64,000 bases of DNA, from assembly GCF_006345805.1 (NCBI RefSeq), contig NC_043015.1, forward strand, positions 62,001 through 126,000. The letters run 5' to 3'. The translations under genes were made by a program, and so were the position numbers. Positions 54,562-64,000 of the stretch are shown piece after piece; the stretch's first letter is position 1; every line of letters begins with the position of its first letter. Below the pieces are notes generated by a model. That model made no database searches. It was not told where the DNA came from and saw only the letters and a program-made list of their open reading frames with translations. Source of the DNA: Octopus sinensis. Taxonomy: Eukaryota.

Positions 54562-55070
54562 CCGTAAATCCTCGAGTATAGTCCGCCCTTGAGTATAATA
54601 CGCAGGAGATTTTTTGGTGGGGTGTACCTCTGAAAAGCCTAAACCTTGGGTATAGGTACCCCTTCTCTAACTTGAGTCAAGGAGGTCCATATTACGTCCT
54701 TGGTTTGTAAAAATATATACGGTAATGTCCTTTATTATTATTGTACATATAACATAATGCAAACGTGTAGCATTTTTGTGCATTTTGTTTGCAGAAAATA
54801 AAGAAATAACAGTAATAACGTTTAATAAATGTTGCTTACTGCAAGTTATGGACGATTCTTTTATGACTTCATTGCTTTCAGGCTTAGCTTAAGGTATTTT
54901 CGCGCCCGGCATCACAAAATGCGTCTGAATAAACATTGCCGGACAGCAAATAGCGATTCGGACATTGCTTAGAAAATAATTTTTATTTTTGACCTCGTAT
55001 ATAGTACGCACCAGGGATTTTGATCTTTAAATTTTTGGGGAAAATGCGGATTATACTCGAGGATATACGG
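54562..55070. mobile_element. Tc1/mariner-superfamily (pogo/Tigger-type) MITE, 509 bp
   Basis: TA|CCGTAAATCCTCGAGTATAGTCCGC ... GCGGATTATACTCGAGGATATACGG|TA: ~25-bp TIRs with a TA duplication. Confidence 0.9.
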
Positions 55071-55489
55071 TAAATATTTATCGTTTTGTGTATATATTTG
55101 TGTTTATGTGCCCAAACCACACACGCACACATAGACACTCACAAGCATATATATGAAAAGGAAAGTAGTCATAGAAAAGCAAAATAAATAAAGCATGGCC
55201 AGTGTTATGCATATTAATAAGAAAGACAAAAATTGAATATATTTTACACTACAAGTGATAAATTATTGATTCATTGAAAAGACTTTCCTTCCCAGTGAAG
55301 GTAGAACATTGCCTGCTGGTTATTGCGTCGACTTCCTAATAAGTAGTGGAGAAAATTTGAAGAATCAAGTTTCGCCATTACTGACATGCCACTAAGGAAT
55401 AAAACATATTGATTATCCTGCAACAAAGAACAAAGGTGAATACCGTTGCTTCTGCATCGAAAGCTGTCTTTAGCACAGTGTTAATACAT

Positions 55490-55524
55490 GCATACGTAAA
55501 TACATATACACATACACACATACA

Positions 55525-55558
<34 letters not shown>

Positions 55559-55745
55559 CACACACATATATACATCCATACATATATACATACATATACA
55601 CACATATATACACCCATCCATACATACATATATACATACATACACACATATATACATCCATCCATACATACATATATACACACATACATATTTACACACG
55701 TACACACATACACATACATACATGCATACATAATACATACATACA

Positions 55746-55777
<32 letters not shown>

Positions 55778-55926
55778 GATTAAAGTAAAAGTGAAAAAGC
55801 AAAACGTTTCGCATCACTTGAAAAAGACATTTATATTAGATAAAGAATATAAAAAGAAAGACCTACATGCCTCCCTATTTTCTGGACTCTATCTGTCACT
55901 CTCTCTCTCTTCTCCTCTCTCTCTCA

Positions 55927-55969
<43 letters not shown>

Positions 55970-56096
55970 ATCCATCCATCTATCCATCCATCCGTCTCTC
56001 TCTTTGTCTCTCTGTCTATCTCTCTGTCCGTCTCTATCTGTCTGTCTGTTTATCTATCCATCTATAAATCTATCTCTCACTATCACTCACTATCTC

Positions 56097-56180
<84 letters not shown>

Positions 56181-56183
56181 CAT

Positions 56184-56235
<52 letters not shown>

Positions 56236-56290
56236 TCATGCATGTATGTATGTACATATGTAAGCATATCTATATATGTATGTACGTGTA
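55490..56290. repeat. (CATA)n, (TA)n and (CT)n microsatellite field
   Basis: Read directly. Confidence 0.9.
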
Positions 56291-57669
56291 AGTCATACGG
56301 AGGCGTAGTGCAGCGGAGTAGAGAGGAATAAATTTATTGGAATTAGAAGTACACACAAAAAAAAGCATTCGACATATAAGACAATAAAGATTAAACGCGA
56401 TATAATGAAAACGGCTGGAAATATTTTGACGGTGGCTCTACTAATGGTAGACATATGAATAAGTTGCATCACCATCACTACCGGAACCTCAAAGAAAATA
56501 TCAACAACAATCATAACAACCACTACAACAACAAAAACTACAATAATAATCAGCATTTTGTGCTACTAAGTTAGTGTAGATCAGTGATATACAGTGTGGT
56601 CGAGGCGGACAAGCAGTTCCTCATATGAAAGATTTCGTTGTCCACAGTATGTCCCATATGATCAAGGCGTTACAATCCAATTTACTTGCACAAGAACAAT
56701 CAAACACCATTATCGACTAAGTGCAAATTTACTCATAACGTATTATAAAATTCAATTATTAGTTTCTTAATTTGGAATTTTAATATGATACAGTTCAGAA
56801 ATTTGTAAACGGAAACCGATTAAGATTTCGTACTAAAATTTGATGCCAAATTTTGAAAAAGAGGGGATATTACGAATGTATATTTTATTAAGTTAATGGC
56901 ATGCTGAAAATCACATCATTAGAGGTAACATCACTCATAGCTGTTGTATATATTAACGTGGAGCTGCAAATGGCAGAGACATGTAAATAATCAGACATTT
57001 TCAATCATTGCATTGCCACCATTTTACAGGATATCTACATTGTTTCCTTTTAAGCATAAGAAACGGTGCCTCAGGCATAATCATGTTTGGTGATTATTTT
57101 GTAGTTTATATATCTGTGTACGTACATGTATATGAGTGTGTGTGTGTGTGTGTGTCACATTAAGTGTAACATAGAATGTGACAAGTTGTGCCCATTTAAT
57201 TAGCTGTAAATGTAACACACTCTGAGTAACACACCTATCGTTTGCCTGCGAAGATGCAATCCTGTATACTGTTGCATTTTCTCTTGACATTCCAAATGAT
57301 ATTTTCCCGCTCTCTTTAATGTCACATTGACCACCGCTACACAAGTATCTCATGATCTTTTCCCTAATTATATCAGCATATATTAATTCAATAAATTGGA
57401 TTATTTATTCGTGATGTTACTCATTTTCACAAACCCATTAAAGTGAAAGTCCTTTCTTTTGCTTTATTTCAATAAATTCACACATTCCTCGTCACGAAAC
57501 GGCTTCAGTAAACACACAGACACACACAGGCATACATTTTAAAGTGACAAACAGATACACATATACACACATATATCAAACCGTACAATCGAAAGCAAAG
57601 AGAGATAATCTCATAAATATAAAAGCTGATGTAAACAAATATCTTGAGTGCATGATTAAGAAGCTTACT

Positions 57670-57780
57670 TTCAAACGTATGGTTTCAGGTTCAATTACAC
57701 TACAGCAACACCTTGGGCAAGTGTCTACTATATCAGCGAATTTGTTGGACGGAAACTGCGTGGAAACCCGTCTGTATATA
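57670..57780 (+). mobile_element. SINE family B head fragment
   Basis: ATGGTTTCAGGTTCAAT...CACCTTGGGCAAGTGTCT...GGACGGAAACTG. Confidence 0.7.
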
Positions 57781-57843
57781 TATATATATGTCTCTATCTG
57801 TCATTTATCTATCTATAATTTTGTCTTCTCCGATCCTTTAAAT

Positions 57844-58075
57844 CAGTGACTCTCAACAAGGATCCACATGGCCTTTGCGGGTCCAATTCAGATTTCATTG
57901 TTAAAATCTAATTGAAATAAATTGATATATTTCTACAGTACATAAAATATTTTAACAGTATTTTGGCGCAGTTTCTAATAATATTCAGTTCGAAAAATAT
58001 AATCAGATCTTTTAAATAGTGAGCACATATGTGGGGCTATAAAGGGGTCCACATGTACAAAATTGAAACGGGTAA
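57844..58075 (+). mobile_element. Degenerate hAT-type MITE
   Basis: CAGTGACTCTCAACAAGGATCCACATGGCC...GGGTCCA, with an internal region similar to the 31540-31800 copy. Confidence 0.6.
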
Positions 58076-58677
58076 TAAGGGTTTAGCAATTGCATCTCAA
58101 AAAATCCTATACCTAATTAAGGATTTAGCATGGAGAATTATTTAAAGTGGGTTACATTGTGAAAGGTGTAGCGTTTTCACGTTTGATATCAGAAACTTGT
58201 CGTGATGCATACATCTAACCTTAATGAACTCTCAGGATTGCTTTTGTAGTCTGAAGATTATAGTTTTCATATTCCTCGCTTAGAAATTCTAATCAGAATA
58301 AAGTATGTTAAATTATTTTAACAGTTTTTCAGTGCAGCTTCTAATAATATTTAGTTCTAAAACTATAATCAGATCTTTTAAACATTAAGCACATATGTGG
58401 GGCCATAAAGGGATCCACATGTACAAAATTGAAACGGGTAATAAAAGTTTAGCATTTGCATCTCGAAAAATTCTATACCTAATGAAAATGTTAGCAAGGA
58501 GAAATGTTTCAATTGGGTTACATTGTGAAAGGTGTAGTGTCTTCCTGTTTGATATCAGAAACTTGTTGTGATGTATACATCTCACCTTAACGAACTCTCA
58601 GCATTGCTTTTGTAGTCTGAAGTTTATGGTTTTCATATGCCTCGCTTAGTAATTCTAATCAGAATAAAGTATGTTAA
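57946..58677 (+). repeat. Diverged tandem duplication of a ~365-bp unit (57946-58310 and 58311-58677)
   Basis: Both units contain CACATATGTGGGGC.ATAAAGGG.TCCACATGTACAAAATTGAAACGGG and end ATTCTAATCAGAATAAAGTATGTTAA. Confidence 0.9.
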
Positions 58678-59216
58678 TAGACCTCACTGAAATTATCAAA
58701 TTTCTGACTTGCACCCCGCTACATAACTGCGTTTCATTTTTGATCAGTTTAAATGTTCCAGTTTTCTCCCTTTAACATTTGGAAAAATATCGTAATTCTC
58801 GCAACGATTCTCTCTTTCTCTCTCATTTCCGGCATAATACCAATCGATTAAAATTCTTATAGCTCTCTACTTTCAGTATATTAACCCGCGATTATCTATA
58901 TATTCACGATGCAGAAGGAAATTTTGCGAAATTCTACAATTTATTTAGTCATTAGTGCAACTATTTCTACCATTAGAGTTATTGAAGATGGTGCGGCAGT
59001 GGCTGTTGGTGTTGCTATAGCAGCTGCTGTTAGCCTCTCTACAACATTCCCGTGTACAAGCCCGCAGCATTTACGAGCTATTAGCTAACAATTCCAGCAC
59101 CTGCGTTTCAACATCTTCATCTTCTTTCAACTTCGGCTTTTCTTTATGCTACATTTCATTCCTCTCTATCGTATTTTCTTCCACCCTCTCCCCCTCTCTC
59201 TTTCTTCTTCTCCTTC

Positions 59217-59248
<32 letters not shown>

Positions 59249-59422
59249 AGTTCACACACACAGACGCATTCACTTTTTCTAAACCTCTGCTACTGTGCCT
59301 CTCTCATTCTGTGTTTGTGTATATATGTGTGTGCGCGAGTGTAAATGCATGTGTGTATGTATACACAGATACACACACACACATATATAGAGAGAGAGAT
59401 AAATATATATATATATATATAT

Positions 59423-59483
<61 letters not shown>

Positions 59484-59706
59484 CAGCTGTGTGTATACGA
59501 ACATACACATATAGAAATATACACATAGATACATATATATATGTATATCTACTCATATCATGCATACATACACACACACACACACACACACAACACACAC
59601 ACTTACATACACAAACCATGCTCGCGTGCACACACACACTCCCAAACACATACATATATTTTCTTCTCTTTTTGGCCTCTTTTTCTCTCTTTCTCATTTC
59701 CCATAT

Positions 59707-59741
<35 letters not shown>

Positions 59742-60194
59742 TTCATCAATCTTCTTACCCTGTTTTTTTTTACATACTTTTCGTCTCTTTAATTGACTGT
59801 ATTTTTTCTTTTATCGTTCTTCATACCTCTCTCTCTCTCTTACTCTCTCTTCTCTTTCCCCGCCTTCTCTTTGTCTTCTGTTTTATTTTCGGTGAACGTG
59901 TGGGAGAAGAATTTTTGTAGTTTGCCGCACAGGACACACACACACTCACACATATACGCCTACACATACACACACGCACACGCACGCACATGCTCACACA
60001 CGCGCACACACACGCATTGATCACTCATGAACATAAATACACATACACACACATAAACACACACACTCTCCAGCATACACACAAGCACAGACATACATAC
60101 GCAACCACTGACGCACGCGCACACACACACGCCTAAGCAAAACCACACGTATTCATGCTACACCATTAAACCCACTATAAACCAATAACAAAAT

Positions 60195-60290
60195 CATTCA
60201 AACAGTATCATCACCATCATCATCATTATCATCTTCATCACAACCACCGTCATCTCCACCACCGTAACCATCAGCAACAATATCATCATC

Positions 60291-60330
<40 letters not shown>

Positions 60331-60399
60331 CCGTTATCATCATCATCATGATCATCATCATCATCATCATCGTCATCGTCATCGTCATCGTCATCATCG

Positions 60400-60452
<53 letters not shown>

Positions 60453-60600
60453 TTCATCATCATCATCATCCATATCATCATCATTGTCGTCATCATAATC
60501 GCCGCCAACACAACCACCACGACGACCTCCAAAGCCACTACCACCACCATCACCCCCGCCGCCGCCACACCACCAAAGCCAAGGGCAACATGAAACACCT
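60195..60600. repeat. (CAT)/(CAC) trinucleotide low-complexity tract
   Basis: Read directly. Confidence 0.9.
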
Positions 60601-60800
60601 TTTTATCTTCCGATGCTTTTGAAGCTCAGTGATACCGCCAAACCACCGTTTTACATCAACTCCCCGCCCTCCAGCTACGACTACAAGATCCCTTCATTGG
60701 TGCTGGAACATCCATTCACCAATGCACGTACCCGTACACAACACATAACACGCATACATACATACACACAATATATGTACAACCATACATATATACATAC

Positions 60801-60852
<52 letters not shown>

Positions 60853-61138
60853 GTATGTATTTATACGCACATACATATATATACAGATTAAAAAAATAAA
60901 TATACTATTGCCGCGCGAAATACACATGTAGAAGTCGTCATTGACATTCCCACAGTCTCTCAAGAACTCAGGTACATTGAAATGGTTTTGTGTGTGCGCG
61001 TGTATGTGTATATATGTGGGTGTATGCGTGTGTGTCTGCATGTGTATGTCTAAGGCTCTGTAGTTGTGTATCTGCACATACATACCACCATAACAAATGT
61101 ACACTCACACATACACACATGTGTATATGTATGTATGC

Positions 61139-61196
<58 letters not shown>

Positions 61197-61681
61197 ATAG
61201 ATAGACAGATAGATAAATTATGGATAGATAGATATACACACAGACATGTCTATATGCATGTGTGTGTATGTGTGTGTGTCTGTGTGTGTGTCTTGTGTGT
61301 GTGTCTTTGTGTGTGTGTGTGGTGTGTGTGTGTCTGTCTTTGTGTGTGTGTGTATCGTACATGCTAACAAGCACATACACTCGAGAACTCAGAAGCGATT
61401 TACACATGTATGGAGTTCTGCGCGCATGTCCTTATTGAAGCTTCTCAATCGATATTAATCCGTCAGTTTCTCTACCAGACTAGACCTCCCTCTCATCTAT
61501 TGTATTTTCCACGGGGAGCGGGGAGAGGATGCAAGAATTGGTGACTGGTAACATGCATCAGACACTAATTCACACGTCCAAACTCGGATTCAACCTTCTT
61601 CCTTCTCTTCTCCCACAGTAAATTCCATTAGTCGGAATACACACACGCACACATTCGTATGCATGTATGTCTGTGTATATG

Positions 61682-61717
<36 letters not shown>

Positions 61718-62667
61718 TATAAGTATATATATATATATATATACTTATTTATATTTATATATATATATACACACATTTATATATTATAACACATACATAT
61801 ATGTGTATAATTATATGTATATATATATTTATATATATATATAATTATTTATATTTATATTTATATATATATACACACACATTTATATGTATATAAACAT
61901 ACATATATATATATATATTGTATATATATATATACATATATATATATATGTATTTACATATATACATATATATATATATACATACACACACATATATGTG
62001 TGTGTAGGATGTATGCATATACAAACATGTTTACATACACACACACACAGATAGATGTGTGTGTGTGTATTACATTCTAAACTATGTCCTTAAGCAACTT
62101 CCTTCCAATATCTTCTTTTTACCGTCTTCCATTTTTTTCTTCATCTTTTTATTTACTTTTGTTATATTTATATTATTTATCTATTAACTATTTGGTTGTT
62201 TTTTTGTTTGTTTTTTTTTTTACTCTTTCTGCACTGCTTTCTCCTTTCTTTATTCTTCTTAGCATATTGTCTTGTGTTCGGTCCACCTTCAATCCATCTT
62301 GTTTCACTCCAATGCACATTGAATAGTTGCTCTCAATATCTGTAAACTTCTTCGTATTTTTTACCTTTGCAGACGACGTTTAATTTTTTTTCTTTTTCTT
62401 ATTTTGTTGTTTTATTACAAACGTTTCAATTTTTTTTGTTTGTTATTGTGGTTTTCGGATTGATTTTCTTTTTATTTTGTTAATTTTCTTTTCTGTGTTC
62501 TTCGTAGTTGGTATTGTTAATGTTTCCATTATTTTTCCATGTATTTTGTATTTCGTATTTAGTATATATTGACATTTTCCCCAAATTTATAACTTTGGTT
62601 GTTGCTCGGTTATACACAAACATTGTATGTATACACATTTATACATACATACGTATATATATATATA

Positions 62668-62868
62668 TTCGCCATGATTGATCGCTAGCCACTAAGCCTA
62701 TATTTTTATTTTCTCTGCTTATTTCTGTGTTCCTTTCTGTCGAAGATCATAGGCTCGAAACGTAAAAGACATTCTTACTTCCCGAGCGTTAAACTAATAC
62801 ATATGTTTGTTGTTTACATACCCGTCTTCGTCTTTTTTTTTGTTTGTTTTTTTTTGTAAATTCTCACT
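62668..62868 (+). mobile_element. Penelope-like pseudo-LTR fragment inserted in (TA)n
   Basis: Contains a hammerhead fold at 62733-62768 and a T-rich 3' part; TA repeats on both flanks. Confidence 0.6.
62733..62768 (+). ncRNA. Minimal type-I hammerhead ribozyme motif with a variant core
   Basis: CTTT-CTGTCGAA-GATC-ATAG-GCTC-GAAAC-GTA-AAAG: stem I CTTT/AAAG, stem II GATC/GCTC with one mismatch, palindromic ACGT stem III, GUA cleavage triplet. Confidence 0.6.
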
Positions 62869-62893
62869 AATATATATATATAATATATATATA

Positions 62894-62935
<42 letters not shown>

Positions 62936-63481
62936 CTATATATATATATACCTAAGAGAGATTGAGGGAGAGAGAGATACAAGAAACAAAAGTGAACAAA
63001 TGTGAATGTAATAAGGTCTTAAGAGAGTAAAAGAGAAAATAATATCGACGATACGTTTCTGGTGTATGTGTATTTAGGTAATATATATTTTTAAGGTATA
63101 AATATTATTCGAAGGAATTTCAGAGAGCACCAACTTGTGTTATGCACTCCAGTTGCTAATTACATAACCACACAAAATTATATGTGTGTGCTCGTGCGCG
63201 AGTATGTGTTCATGAGTGTTTATGGCATGTTTATGGTAAAGTTTTAATTTATTAAATTTCCCACCTAATTCATTGAGAGAAAATAAATATCCAAGCAAAA
63301 TTCTGCCAACGATGAAATAAGTAGAAGTTCAACTAATTTGAAGAAATAAATAAATTTTCTCTTGAATTTAAAAATCGATGGAGAAAACACAAATTGATAT
63401 GTCATTCGTATGTACAGATTGTTTTTGCCCTCTGTTGTGTTTCAGTAGTAGATAGCGTTCTTCCTTCGCACTTTCTAACAG

Positions 63482-63638
63482 GTATGCGCAAGACACCGTA
63501 TACTCAAGGAGTTTGCACATTCTTTGTGGAGAGTAGCTTGCAGAATATAAAGAAAAAGAAACTAAGAGAAACTAATTCAAAGGAAACAGCGACATGGATA
63601 AATCAATACCTGTTATATTGAACACCAAAGAGAAGCAG
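63482..63638 (+). other. Candidate 157-nt exon, possibly carrying a start codon (MDKSIPVILNTKEKQ, phase 0)
   Basis: Acceptor TTCTTCCTTCGCACTTTCTAACAG|G, donor GCAG|GTAATT, ATG at 63594 in the context GACATGG. Confidence 0.3.
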
Positions 63639-64000
63639 GTAATTAAATAAGGATAGAAATATTGAGGAGATCTACTGCGAACAAAAGCAAGCGATGACTT
63701 CATCAGTGGATGGCAACTAGAATGACTTAATCGTTAGTCGAGAGGCTTCATATTAACCAAAGCCGATGAAACATGACTGGTGACACCAAAAGTAATAAAA
63801 AGAAGCGAAAATATCGAGATCCTTTGAAAACCAATTCTAAGCATGGAAACGGAATCATGTCACACATCACCAGACACAAGCATATGTTTCTAGAATTCGC
63901 AGTAGCAAAACAACTGCTGTTATGCCTTCGTAATTGGATGGCAAAGAGGATGCTTAAACAGAATATTGTGCTTTATCTATCACATCAGTGAATTGTAGCG

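Overview
AT-rich, repeat-dominated eukaryotic DNA, most likely intronic or intergenic sequence from an octopus (coleoid cephalopod). The species call is inferred from the recurring tRNA-derived SINE families and the very high microsatellite density. I found no intact long protein-coding ORF: almost all ORFs in the supplied track are translations of (TA)n, (CA)n, (CAT)n or (CTT)n repeats. The window holds more than 25 SINE copies from three families (labelled A, B and C here), two internally deleted mariner copies, a pogo/Tigger-type MITE, hAT-type MITEs and two Lep1-like non-autonomous Helitron copies. It also holds decayed coding fossils resembling hAT, Helitron, Gypsy, MULE and P-element proteins, Penelope-like (PLE) termini carrying minimal hammerhead ribozyme motifs, a ~63-bp polypurine minisatellite, and several inverted and tandem duplications. 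A few isolated exon-like segments have good splice signals but cannot be assigned to a known gene. The most interesting candidates are two well-formed minimal hammerhead folds with variant cores (35.2 and 62.7 kb) and a tandem-plus-foldback unit at 50.8-51.7 kb that resembles a PLE or retrozyme. All family assignments come from manual translation and motif recall, not database searches, and boundaries of decayed repeats are approximate.
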